Shown here piece after piece: positions 1 to 8,943 of a DNA stretch of 64,000 nt (position 1 is the stretch's first letter; every line of letters starts with the position of its first letter). Location: contig PBSS01000048.1 in assembly GCA_002726315.1 (NCBI GenBank), positions 4,576-68,575 of the forward strand. Direction: 5' to 3'. The DNA is from Acidimicrobiaceae bacterium (GTDB taxonomy: Bacteria > Actinomycetota > Acidimicrobiia > Acidimicrobiales > MedAcidi-G1). The position numbers and the translations under genes are program-made. The notes beneath the pieces are model-generated. The model saw only the letters and a program-made list of their open reading frames with translations, ran no database searches and was not told the DNA's origin.

Positions 1-884
1 AGGCGAACTACGTGGAACCGACTGTTCTCACCTCCCGCAAAGAGGTAATCGTCCACCACCAAGGGTGAGGCATCCCAGTCGTTATTCCACATTCTTGGTC
101 CCGTGTCAGTTGCATCAAGGCCCCATAACTCCGTTGGCCTGTCCCGGTCAATGGCCAAGATTCGCAACCTGTCGTCGCGCGATCCCACATAGACGAGTGG
201 ATAGCCATCAGGATCCACGGTCACCGACCCCTTGATGATGTCGGCCGTAGTGAAGTCAGGAATGATCTTCTCACCGGTATCACCATCGAGGAAGTGGACC
301 CTGGCATCGAAAGCTCCAAAGACAACCCAGGTACGGCCCTGTCTTTCGAACACTGCTGGCTGGCCCGTCCAGCCCATGCCACACCATTCCCGTTCCACAC
401 CTGCAACACTCGACATGGAGCACATCTGGCCTTCAGCCGGAAACCGCCAGACCACAACCGGGTTTGTGGGTACCGGACCAGTGCCATGCCAGCGACGCGT
501 GGGAGAACCCCTGAAGGTAAGCACCCCTGACACGACGTCCCCCCAAGGTGAACCAATTGAAGCCGGATCAACCCATCCGTCGTAACCTCGCACAGCGGTG
601 GTAGCAGTCGCTGCCATGACGACGGTTGTCGACGGTGACGTGCTGGTGCTTGTTGGCGGTGCACTGCTGGTTTTCAGTTGTGTACTGGTGGTGGTTGGCG
701 ACAGCACCTCAGTTGTGTCCGCTATCGCAGTGACCACAGGGCTCGACCTTTGCTCAAGAGTGACTGCAGTAGCAGTGGTCTCCACGGGCGGTCTTGTCGA
801 AGCTGACCAGACCAGTGTCGCTCCCATCAGGAGAGCGAAGAGGGTGGCTCCTACCGCAGACAACACCCAGCGGCGACGGATCAT
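1..884 (-). CDS. Secreted or membrane-anchored PQQ/BamB-like beta-propeller repeat protein (partial; C-terminus lies outside the window)
   Basis: This frame is missing from the ORF track because no stop occurs before the window edge. Translating the minus strand by hand from the ATG (reverse complement of cat at 882-884) gives MIRRRWVLSAVGATLFALLMGATLVW (signal or TM). A Ser/Thr/Pro-rich linker follows, then WRFPAEGQM..GWTGQPAVFERQGRTWVVFGAFDARVHFLDGDTGEKI..VDPDGYPLVYVGSRDDRLRILAIDRD..WNNDWDASPLVVDDYLFAGGENS, typical of PQQ-like propeller blades. Confidence 0.6.
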   Translation of the reverse strand, partial: MIRRRWVLSAVGATLFALLMGATLVWSASTRPPVETTATAVTLEQRSSPVVTAIADTTEVLSPTTTSTQLKTSSAPPTSTSTSPSTTVVMAATATTAVRGYDGWVDPASIGSPWGDVVSGVLTFRGSPTRRWHGTGPVPTNPVVVWRFPAEGQMCSMSSVAGVEREWCGMGWTGQPAVFERQGRTWVVFGAFDARVHFLDGDTGEKIIPDFTTADIIKGSVTVDPDGYPLVYVGSRDDRLRILAIDRDRPTELWGLDATDTGPRMWNNDWDASPLVVDDYLFAGGENSRFHVVR

Positions 885-929
885 TCCTGACTACCCGGTC
901 CGGGTTCCCTGTGAGGCCAGAAGGCCGGT

Positions 930-1550
930 TCAGGCGATGTGTTCAGGCTCGTAGGGGCCGAGTGAAAGTTGCTCGTCGTCGTATTCGTCAAGGTGGTCAC
1001 GCTGATCCCAGTCTGCGTCGTCAGATGGGAACGCGTCGACCACGACGACATCATCCCTGTCATCCTTAGGTTCCTGTTCCTTGACTGGTGACTCGGTGGT
1101 TGATGGGTGACGGTCGACGCCAAGGAAGGCCCTGGCCAACAGGGGCATTTCCGCCGGCTCGGGCACTTTGGGCTTCTCCGGTCGAACCAGATTCAGGGGA
1201 TGAACCGCAGCATCGACGGAACGAACCACCTGAGGGTCTCGAGGAGGCTCGTCGGCAGAGTGGAGGGCTGTGACCGATGCCCCCTCTCGCACGCTGTTGT
1301 GTCCTGCTCCGGCCTCCTGTGGATCAGGACGGTCGGGGAATACAAGGAGGCTGGCGTTGGACCTCTCATCGACCAGGGCCCAACCCTTTGGTGCTCGCAT
1401 GCGATCCATGTGGGCCTCACAGAGAACAACCCGACCCGGACCATCAACCTCGGCAAGGTCACGAATGGTGAAACTGAGTTCGGCTGCGTTCATCTCAACC
1501 AGCACGGACGCGGTGCCCGTACAGGCGGACCGCATACACAGGTACCGCAT
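930..1550 (-). CDS. DUF3499 domain-containing protein with a long acidic C-terminal tail
   Basis: MRYLCMRSACTGTASVLVEMN...VVLCEAHMDRMRAPKGWALVDER matches the Cys-rich DUF3499 core of actinobacteria. The ORF track extends it to 1592; the internal ATG at 1550 gives the usual N-terminus. The tail is rich in D, E and P. Confidence 0.6.
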   Translation of the reverse strand: MRYLCMRSACTGTASVLVEMNAAELSFTIRDLAEVDGPGRVVLCEAHMDRMRAPKGWALVDERSNASLLVFPDRPDPQEAGAGHNSVREGASVTALHSADEPPRDPQVVRSVDAAVHPLNLVRPEKPKVPEPAEMPLLARAFLGVDRHPSTTESPVKEQEPKDDRDDVVVVDAFPSDDADWDQRDHLDEYDDEQLSLGPYEPEHIA

Positions 1551-1628
1551 GACCGAAACGGTAGTTCCGCCACCCCGACGGATCGGGGACACCCACCTAC
1601 CCCATGGTGGCCCTGAGCACCGGACCGA

Positions 1629-2639
1629 TCACCTCATGTAGGCATCTTTCGCGACTGCCACCTTCATCACGGCTGTCACATCGACAACACGTGGACCATC
1701 TCGGCACACGGTCAACGCCGCCCACGTCGCATCACCCAGGCGGCGCTTGCGTTCACCATCGAAGGCCAACAAGACGGGGCCCTCTACACAGACCTCCTCA
1801 CCTAGGCTCAGAGATCGCACTTCTACCAGACCGAGGTGGTCAAAGTGACCGGGGGCAGTCGGCGCCCTCACAACAGTCGTACAGCCTTCCGCCGGACCGA
1901 ACCTGAGTAGCAACCCAGCATCATCAGATGGAGACACCGGGTGCACTCTGCCGCCTACACCGGCAAAGCCAATTGACATTGGATCTGCCCTGGTCAGCAC
2001 GGCGAGTTCCAGCGTTGCCGGATCGAACAGCTCGAATGAACCTACGTAGGGGTCGTTGACGGCAACTACGTCGATCAGGGCCATGTCTTGGAGTGGCGGC
2101 TCTGCTCCCGATCCTTCGAACGTGAGATGAACAACCTTGGCGGGTGACGAGACCTCATCAACACCACACAGCCCGCATGCCACATGACCTGCAGCTGAAC
2201 CGGCGACTGTTGCTTCCAAAAAAATGGGAAAGGTGTTGTTGGTGCCAGTCGAAACTGGAATCACAGGAATGTCTTGCCACGCCCTCGCAGCCGCCCTGTT
2301 GGTGCCGTCACCGCCAAGTACCACGACGATAGCGACACCCCGATCCCTCATGGAGGAGACGGCTGACACAGTGTCTTCCTCGGTGAACACCCTCGGCTCA
2401 TCCACCCATTCCAAAGTGATGCCCCGGATCGTCTCAGTGGCCCGCCTCACAATGTTGTGTGGGTCCTCTTGGACTACAAAGCGGTCTGCTCCAGCCTCCA
2501 TCGCTCCCAGGACGATCCTTCTAACGACGTTTGCCTTGGCCTCGACGGTGACGTTCGCTGCGGCTGACACGGCCCGGCGCACGTCCGTGCCCGCTCGAGG
2601 GTTAACTACCACCCCTATCGGCGAACATCTGCCTGACAT
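1629..2639 (-). CDS. ATP-NAD kinase family protein (AcoX-like)
   Basis: IGVVVNPRAG near the N-terminus and the VVVLGGDGTNRAAA (GGDGT) motif, followed by VIPVSTGTNNTFP. Confidence 0.65.
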   Translation of the reverse strand: MSGRCSPIGVVVNPRAGTDVRRAVSAAANVTVEAKANVVRRIVLGAMEAGADRFVVQEDPHNIVRRATETIRGITLEWVDEPRVFTEEDTVSAVSSMRDRGVAIVVVLGGDGTNRAAARAWQDIPVIPVSTGTNNTFPIFLEATVAGSAAGHVACGLCGVDEVSSPAKVVHLTFEGSGAEPPLQDMALIDVVAVNDPYVGSFELFDPATLELAVLTRADPMSIGFAGVGGRVHPVSPSDDAGLLLRFGPAEGCTTVVRAPTAPGHFDHLGLVEVRSLSLGEEVCVEGPVLLAFDGERKRRLGDATWAALTVCRDGPRVVDVTAVMKVAVAKDAYMR

Positions 2640-2867
2640 GATCTCCGACCGTACCGCTTGCTACTGCTGAGCTCGCAACGGGCCACACCTGGCTCACATC
2701 CGGTGACTAACGACTCCAAAAAGTCAGTTTCTCCATGAGCGCCACCGCGTCGACCTCGCTACTGGGTGACTTCTTGAGGAGAATCAGGCCCCTCGCATCC
2801 CGCCCGTTGGCCACCGACCTCGTCTTGGTGCCAGCCGACCCGACCGCGCTGATGGAGGGGGTAGATG

Positions 2868-3725
2868 TTAGGAGTAGTCGTAGAAGCCTCGACCGGTTTT
2901 ACGACCGAGGTGGCCGGCAGCAACCATGCGCCGCAGTAGCGGTGGTGGCGCATACGACGGATCCCCATACTCCGCCAACAGGGTCTCGCCGACGAGGAGC
3001 ATAGTGTCAAGGCCGATCAAGTCGCTAAGGGTCAGAGGGCCCATCGGGTGGCCTGTGCCGAGGGTCATCGCCGTGTCAATGTCTTCTGCGGTGGCATGTC
3101 CATCCTCAAACATCCGCATGGCACCAAGAAGGTAGGGCACGAGCAGCATGTTGACGACGAAACCTGCGCGGTCTTTGGCAGCGACCACGGTCTTTCCGAT
3201 GACGTCAGTGGCAAAAGTGGTAGCGCGTTCGGTTACGGCGGGGGCTGTACGCACTGACGGAATCACCTCGACTAGCGCCATGACGGGAGCCGGATTGAAG
3301 AAGTGAAGTCCCAAGACGTGGTCAGGTCTATTGGTTGCCATGGCTATGTCGATGATCGGAATCGACGAGGTGTTGGTGGCCAGAATCGCATCGGGCGAGG
3401 TCACCACTGAATCCAACTCAGCGAAGATATCCGCCTTCAAGTCAAATGACTCCACCACCGCTTCGACGATCAGGTCACAATCTGCAAGGTCGGCCAGGTC
3501 TGTGGTGAAGGCAAGGTTCTCCAACGTGGCATCGTGCGCTGTTTGGTCGATCTTGCCGCGATCTAGGGCCCGGCCAAGTGACCGTTCGATACCGGCCCTG
3601 CTCTTCTCGGCCATCTCAGGGCTCACCTCGCGTACCACGGTCACCAGGCCCGATCTAGCGGTCACCTCAGCAACGCCACCGCCCATCTGACCTCCACCGA
3701 CTATTCCCACACGTTCGATTGCCAC
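2868..3725 (-). CDS. 3-hydroxybutyryl-CoA / 3-hydroxyacyl-CoA dehydrogenase, NAD-binding
   Basis: VGIVGGGQMGGGVAEV Rossmann motif, ILATNTSSIPI, GLHFFNPAPVMALVEV, and C-terminal GRKTGRGFYDY. Confidence 0.85.
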   Translation of the reverse strand: MAIERVGIVGGGQMGGGVAEVTARSGLVTVVREVSPEMAEKSRAGIERSLGRALDRGKIDQTAHDATLENLAFTTDLADLADCDLIVEAVVESFDLKADIFAELDSVVTSPDAILATNTSSIPIIDIAMATNRPDHVLGLHFFNPAPVMALVEVIPSVRTAPAVTERATTFATDVIGKTVVAAKDRAGFVVNMLLVPYLLGAMRMFEDGHATAEDIDTAMTLGTGHPMGPLTLSDLIGLDTMLLVGETLLAEYGDPSYAPPPLLRRMVAAGHLGRKTGRGFYDYS

Positions 3726-3754
3726 GATTCCTCTCCCTTGTTTCGGCCGACAGG

Positions 3755-4312
3755 TCAGTCGCTGACGGTAATGGTCACCGACTCGATTACAACGTCGGCC
3801 AGTGGACGGTCGCCGGGACCAGTAGCCACGTTCTGGATGGCATCGGCGACCTCTAGGCCAGCTACAACCTGTCCGAACAACGAGTAGCTAGGAGGGAGGC
3901 CTACACCACTGGCTCCCGTGACGATGAAGAACTGGCTGCCGTTTGTGTCGGGCCCTGCATTCGCCATAGCCAAGGAACCGATCTCATAGCGTCCAGGTGC
4001 CGGGAGTTCATCTTCGAACCTGTAGCCAGGTCCACCCCTCCCAGTCCCTTCCGGGTCGCCGCCCTGAACCATGAAGCCGTTGATCACCCGGTGGAACACG
4101 ATGCCGTCGTAATAGCGGAAGCCTGTCAGGAATACGAAGTTGTTGACCGTCTTTGGTGCCCTGATCGGGTCAAGGTGGATTGTCAGTGTCCCCATGGAGG
4201 TGGCCATCTCGGCTGTGTAGGTCTTGCCGGGGTCGATGGTCATCGGGGGTGGTCCATCAAAGGAGGTGCGACGTTCCTCTGGCCCGTCTGCGGCGGGGGT
4301 GTTCTCTGTCAT
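3755..4312 (-). CDS. Cyclophilin-type peptidyl-prolyl cis-trans isomerase
   Basis: FHRVINGFMVQGGDPEGTGRGGPGY and MANAGPDTNGSQFFI motifs. The ORF track extends to 4411; the internal ATG at 4312 (MTENTPAADG) is the likelier start. Confidence 0.85.
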   Translation of the reverse strand: MTENTPAADGPEERRTSFDGPPPMTIDPGKTYTAEMATSMGTLTIHLDPIRAPKTVNNFVFLTGFRYYDGIVFHRVINGFMVQGGDPEGTGRGGPGYRFEDELPAPGRYEIGSLAMANAGPDTNGSQFFIVTGASGVGLPPSYSLFGQVVAGLEVADAIQNVATGPGDRPLADVVIESVTITVSD

Positions 4313-4440
4313 TGAGGGTCTCCAGTCTGGTAGGGCACCGAAACGACAGACAGTCGCAACCGGCACTTCTGACACGGGAAGGCTACGGGTGTTTTGGGGG
4401 GTCACCCCCACGCGCGCGGGCTCTGGTTAGGGTGCCGCGC

Positions 4441-4695
4441 ATGGCACCGACGCCACACTTAAGTGGACAACAGGCCCGTCGGCCTACCGCGCTTACGGAT
4501 CCTTTGACAGGACAGACCGAACAACCAAGGTTCTCTACCACCACAACTGCTGTGCCCAACCAGGTTCCAGTGGACCACGTCACCCTCACTTGCAGGCACT
4601 GCGAGGTGACCTGGCATGGGAGACAGTCGGAACCGTGCTGGTCCTGTGGCGAACCGGGATTACGCCCGGCTGGCACCACGTTGATTCATGACTGA
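4441..4695 (+). CDS. Hypothetical small zinc-ribbon protein (CxxC-N13-CxxC)
   Basis: It sits in a gap of about 420 bp between two minus-strand genes. The C-terminal part TCRHCEVTWHGRQSEPCWSCGEP has a two-CxxC-knuckle layout. The N-terminal half has atypical A/T-ending codons, so the true start may be further downstream. The part of ORF 4180..4695 upstream of 4441 overlaps the PPIase gene and is discounted. Confidence 0.3.
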   Translation: MAPTPHLSGQQARRPTALTDPLTGQTEQPRFSTTTTAVPNQVPVDHVTLTCRHCEVTWHGRQSEPCWSCGEPGLRPAGTTLIHD

Positions 4696-4733
4696 GTTGT
4701 CCCGGCGACGATTTCACGCCCGGTTGTAGTCTC

Positions 4734-5234
4734 TTACAACTCCAGCACAAGCATCTGGACTCTCTTAGAGCCGCCTTCGGTGGCCTGTTCGCCCACTGGC
4801 ATGAAGCCAAACATCTCATGGAATACGAGTGAGCGGTCGTTGCGGGGCAACAAGTTCACCTCGGCGCATAGAACCGGATTGCCGTCTGCGGCCGACACGA
4901 ACTCTGTGTAGAGGGCCCTTCCTATACCCATGCCCCATGCATCGGGTGCCACGACAACCCTGTCCACGTAGACGAACCGCTCGTAACGCTCACAAAACCA
5001 TCTGTAGTTCTCACTGTCGTAGTCAACACCCGGGCCTTCCAGGCCGATCAGGAACCCGGCAGGGCAACTGGTGCTTATGTGACAGGCCACTAAAAACGTG
5101 TGGGCGACACCCGAGAACCAGGACATGTCATCGGTGCACAACTGGTTCACCGCTGGAACTGCTTCATTGTTCAGGGTCAGGAGAGTGGCCATATCGGCCT
5201 CCTCCACTGGACGCAATAACGTTTCAGAAGACAA
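4734..5234 (-). CDS. GNAT family N-acetyltransferase
   Basis: VVVAPDAWGMGIGRALY (acetyl-CoA pocket, Q/RxxGxG/A type). Size is 166 aa. Confidence 0.65.
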   Translation of the reverse strand: MSSETLLRPVEEADMATLLTLNNEAVPAVNQLCTDDMSWFSGVAHTFLVACHISTSCPAGFLIGLEGPGVDYDSENYRWFCERYERFVYVDRVVVAPDAWGMGIGRALYTEFVSAADGNPVLCAEVNLLPRNDRSLVFHEMFGFMPVGEQATEGGSKRVQMLVLEL

Positions 5235-5407
5235 GTGTCAACCTCCAGTTTCACAGTTGGTTCTCACAACGTGGGCTTCTAGTCTTCCTGCACGGGGCCC
5301 AGGTGAGACGCAAACAGCCCTTGTTGATGGTCGGAGAAGGCTGATGCCGCCCACCCTAAAACTATGGTTACTACTTCCTAACGACTTCTTAATGTTGCGC
5401 TGGGACA

Positions 5408-6229
5408 ATGGGGCACCATGCACAGAACATCATGCACAGAACAGGACCTGAAGTGGCAGACCCAAGCGAATCAAGCCCAACCAGTACACCTCCGTCTCCC
5501 ACACCGCCCGCCGCTGCGAAGATGGTTGATGGAGCGAAAGTCTATGGGGCCGGTGACACCGAGGTCCGAGCACTTGACGGTGTCAGTGTCGGCTTCGAAT
5601 CGGGCTGCTTCACTGCAATCATGGGCCCATCGGGCTCAGGCAAGTCGACACTCATGCACTGTGTTGCGGGTCTCGATGACCTGTCTTCGGGCAGCGTGTT
5701 CATCGGTGACACCGAACTAGGAAGCCTCACCGATCGCGAACTCACGCTCCTGCGCCGCGACAAGGTGGGCTTCGTGTTTCAGTCCTTCAACCTGATCCCC
5801 AGCCTCACTGCATCTGAAAACCTGACTTTGCCACTAGACCTTGCCGGCCGGAAGCCAGACCGCGACTGGATGGACAGCCTCGTCTCCTCTCTCGGAATAG
5901 CTGAACGACTGAGCCACCGACCAGATGAACTCTCCGGTGGGCAACAACAGAGGGTGGCCATCGGTAGAGCACTCGTTGGCAAGCCGTCCATCGTGTTCGC
6001 CGACGAACCGACCGGAAACCTTGACTCCGCAACTGGCGGTGAGGTGTTGGACTTCCTGCGCCGGGCAGTCGATGACCTGGACCAGACCATGGTCATGGTC
6101 ACCCACGATGCCAACGCAGCGGCAACAGCCAACCGGGTCCTGTTCTTAGCCGATGGTCAGATCGTCTCTGAAATGGGTGACCCAACCGCTGATGCCGTCT
6201 TGGATCGCATCAAGCACCTGGGCGACTGA
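5408..6229 (+). CDS. ABC transporter ATP-binding protein, MacB/LolD/FtsE-like
   Basis: Walker A GPSGSGKST, Q-loop, signature LSGGQQQRVAIGRAL, Walker B IVFADEPTGNLD and H-loop VTHD. The conserved core starts at ATG 5522 (MVDGAKVYG...). The preceding 38 residues are low-complexity P/S/T, so the start is ambiguous. Confidence 0.9.
   Translation: MGHHAQNIMHRTGPEVADPSESSPTSTPPSPTPPAAAKMVDGAKVYGAGDTEVRALDGVSVGFESGCFTAIMGPSGSGKSTLMHCVAGLDDLSSGSVFIGDTELGSLTDRELTLLRRDKVGFVFQSFNLIPSLTASENLTLPLDLAGRKPDRDWMDSLVSSLGIAERLSHRPDELSGGQQQRVAIGRALVGKPSIVFADEPTGNLDSATGGEVLDFLRRAVDDLDQTMVMVTHDANAAATANRVLFLADGQIVSEMGDPTADAVLDRIKHLGD
5417..5443. repeat. Exact 13-bp tandem direct repeat CATGCACAGAACA (x2, 14-bp period) upstream of the ABC transporter
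   Basis: Read directly: 5417-5429 and 5431-5443 are identical. The repeat lies 79-105 bp upstream of the conserved-core ATG at 5522. Confidence 0.8.
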
Positions 6230-6233
6230 CCCT

Positions 6234-8933
6234 GTGTTCCGCCTGACCCTTCGCAACATAAGCCGACAAAAGCTCCGGTACTCCCTGACCACCCTGGCAG
6301 TGGTGCTGGGAGTGGCATTCTTGTCGACATCATTTTTCCTCACTGACCGCATACGTGACACCTTCGACGAACTAGTCGTCGAGATCACTGGGGACCTGGA
6401 CCTCGAGATAAGGGCATCTGCAGGTGATGGTGAGCGCATCAACCGCCTCCCGATGCCAGCCGATTTGACCGAAATAATCAGTTCGGAGATACCCGGCGTT
6501 GAGGCCGTCCAAACGCAAATTAGTGTCCCAAACGTCGTCCCCATCTACGTCAACGACGAGGGTAAACCGACAGCGGTCTCCTCAAACGCTCCCCTTTTTG
6601 GGGTGAACTTTCCAACCAATGAGGCGCTCAGCCAGCTCCACATTGCTGAGGGCCGTGCTCCTACCCGTACTGGCTCCCTAGAGGACCCCGGCACCATCGG
6701 TGAGTTCGTACTGGACACCGGAACGGCTTCCAATTTTGGGTTTGAGATTGGAGAGACCTACATCGTCAGTGCCGCGAGAGGCAACCGAGAGTTCACCCTC
6801 GTAGGCCTCGTGTACTTCGGCTCACCCGATAAGAACAGATCAGCGGGTGCCACCATCAGTGCCTTCGACGAATCTACGGCCCAGGAACTCCTCGGCCGTG
6901 AGGGCCTGATTGACTCGCTCGCTGTCTTACTCACCAATGATGCCGACGAAGTCGCCGTAATGGCCGACATCCAGCAACGGCTGGATGCTGCGATGGACAG
7001 ATTCCGTGCGGAACTGCAGGCATTGCCTGAAGAGCAGTTCGAGATGCTGGCACCGTTTGCCGAGACCCAGTTGGAGGTGGTCACAGCCGCTACCAAAACC
7101 GAGGAAGCCAGGGAGGGATTTGACCAGATCATCTCGGTGCTATCGAACGTCCTGTTGGCCTTTGCCATCATCGCCGTAGTGGTGAGCGCCTTCATCATTA
7201 ACAACACTTTCTCCATCGTCTTGGGTCAGAGGGTGCGCGAGTTGGCTCTTCTCAGATCGCTGGGTGCAACAGGCCGCCAGGTCAGTAGGTCGGTTCGGCT
7301 CGAAGCACTCGTTATCGGCGTCGTAGCGACCGTGCTGGGCCTGGTGGGTGGCTACCTGTTGGCTGGCTTCTTACGATGGGTTCTGGTGGCCATCGACTTC
7401 GGGGATCTCCCAGGGGCACTCCCGGTCAGACTCCGAACGATCATCGTGGCAAGTGTTGTCGGGGTGGGAGCAACGGTACTGTCTTCGCTGGGTCCGGCAC
7501 GACGGGTGAGAAACATCCCCCCAGTTGCCGCCCTGCGGGATCAAGCCCGACTTACGCCGACAGGCATACGGAAGCGCATCTGGGGTGGGAGCATCGTAGT
7601 GCTGACCGGAGTAGCTCTTCTGGCGCTCGGCATGACCGCTGAACTCGATACCCGACCGCTAATCCTCTCATTGGGAGGTGGAGCGCTTGGAACCTTCATG
7701 GGCGTCTACCTGCTCAGCCCAGCTGTTGCGCGCCCGCTAGCAAACCTGTTAGGGCGTCCCATCGAACGCATCTACAAGGTTCCCGGTCGACTGGCCCGTG
7801 AAAACGCAGCAAGGGCACCCAGGCGCACGGCCGCCACCGCGGCAGCACTGACGGTGGGCCTAGCACTGGTCAGTTTGGCCGCAGTCGTCAGCGACTCTAT
7901 GAAGGCAACATTCGTACAGGCCCTTGACGACAGCGTTGAGTCAGACCTATTCATCTTTGCCAACGCGTTTGACCCCACTGCAGGATTTTCCGGTGAACTC
8001 GCGGCCAACCTGGACCTTCTTGGATTAGATAGGCCTGACTTGGTCGAATCCACAGTCCGCTACCGCTTCGGACTGGGTGCTTTCGAGGTCGACGGAATCA
8101 GTAGAGACATGGTAAGCGCCGACCTGGCCGTACTCGACGACCACATGGATTTGCAGGTCCTAGAGGGTTCAACTACTGGACCAGCGGCAACCGGTACCGA
8201 CGGAACAGTGCTGGTGCACGTGGATCCGGTAGAAGACATGGGCCTGACGGTTGGTGCAACCGTCGCCGGAACCTTTCCAGGTGGACGACAGGCCACGTTT
8301 ACTGTGGCAGCGATCATTGCTGACTCCTCAATGCTTGGAAACTGGGTGGTCGACACTTCCACCTTCGACCACTTCTTACCCAACTCTCCTGATGGCTTCG
8401 TCTCGGTCGTCTACGCGCCAACAGCTGGCATAACTGAGGCCAGAGCTGCCGTTGAGGAGATCACCAACGACTACCCACAACTCACTGTCGAGGACAAGGC
8501 TCAACTCCGAGCATCAACTGAGGCCCAGCTCAACCAACTACTGGCCATCATCACCGTGTTCCTGGGGTTGTCATTGCTCATTGCGATACTGGGCATCACG
8601 AACACGCTGGCACTGTCGATCTTTGAGCGCACCCGCGAGTTGGGCCTGCTCCGCGCCATCGGCATGACCCGCCGCCAACTGCGCCGGATGATCAGGTGGG
8701 AAGCCGTGATAATCGCCCTTTTCGGTGGCCTCCTGGGAATTGCCATGGGATTGCTATTTGGAATGGCGGCTATTGCCGCTATTCCGGAGACGTTCGTGGA
8801 CATCGTGTCCATTCCAGTACGAAGGCTGGGTTTCTACCTTCTTATTTCAGGGGCGTTCGGGATGGTGGCGGCCATTTTCCCAGCCCGTCGGGCTGCCCGG
8901 CTGAACGTACTCGAAGCGATCGGCTACGAGTAG
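6234..8933 (+). CDS. ABC transporter permease with two FtsX/MacB-type domains
   Basis: Two copies of the FtsX 4-TM module (RELALLRSLGATGRQV and RELGLLRAIGMTRRQL loops) are separated by large extracytoplasmic regions. The ORF track starts at 6153 inside the ATPase gene. GTG 6234 (VFRLTLRNISRQKLRY), 5 nt after the ATPase stop, is the more plausible start. Confidence 0.85.
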   Translation: MFRLTLRNISRQKLRYSLTTLAVVLGVAFLSTSFFLTDRIRDTFDELVVEITGDLDLEIRASAGDGERINRLPMPADLTEIISSEIPGVEAVQTQISVPNVVPIYVNDEGKPTAVSSNAPLFGVNFPTNEALSQLHIAEGRAPTRTGSLEDPGTIGEFVLDTGTASNFGFEIGETYIVSAARGNREFTLVGLVYFGSPDKNRSAGATISAFDESTAQELLGREGLIDSLAVLLTNDADEVAVMADIQQRLDAAMDRFRAELQALPEEQFEMLAPFAETQLEVVTAATKTEEAREGFDQIISVLSNVLLAFAIIAVVVSAFIINNTFSIVLGQRVRELALLRSLGATGRQVSRSVRLEALVIGVVATVLGLVGGYLLAGFLRWVLVAIDFGDLPGALPVRLRTIIVASVVGVGATVLSSLGPARRVRNIPPVAALRDQARLTPTGIRKRIWGGSIVVLTGVALLALGMTAELDTRPLILSLGGGALGTFMGVYLLSPAVARPLANLLGRPIERIYKVPGRLARENAARAPRRTAATAAALTVGLALVSLAAVVSDSMKATFVQALDDSVESDLFIFANAFDPTAGFSGELAANLDLLGLDRPDLVESTVRYRFGLGAFEVDGISRDMVSADLAVLDDHMDLQVLEGSTTGPAATGTDGTVLVHVDPVEDMGLTVGATVAGTFPGGRQATFTVAAIIADSSMLGNWVVDTSTFDHFLPNSPDGFVSVVYAPTAGITEARAAVEEITNDYPQLTVEDKAQLRASTEAQLNQLLAIITVFLGLSLLIAILGITNTLALSIFERTRELGLLRAIGMTRRQLRRMIRWEAVIIALFGGLLGIAMGLLFGMAAIAAIPETFVDIVSIPVRRLGFYLLISGAFGMVAAIFPARRAARLNVLEAIGYE

Positions 8934-8943
8934 ACGAGCCTGC

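Noticed and set aside
221-954. Track ORFs 221..664(-), 232..585(+), 294..530(+) and 598..954(+).
   Set aside because: All overlap the open minus-strand frame 1..884, which gives a coherent signal peptide, linker and beta-propeller protein. Their own translations are Arg/Pro/Ser-rich with no motifs, typical of off-frame ORFs in GC-rich DNA.
6153-6233. The upstream ATG start of the ABC permease, overlapping the ATPase gene by 77 nt.
   Set aside because: The encoded extension (MVRSSLKWVTQPLMPSWIASSTWATDP) is just the ATPase 3' end read out of frame. GTG 6234 gives the typical FtsX-family N-terminus.
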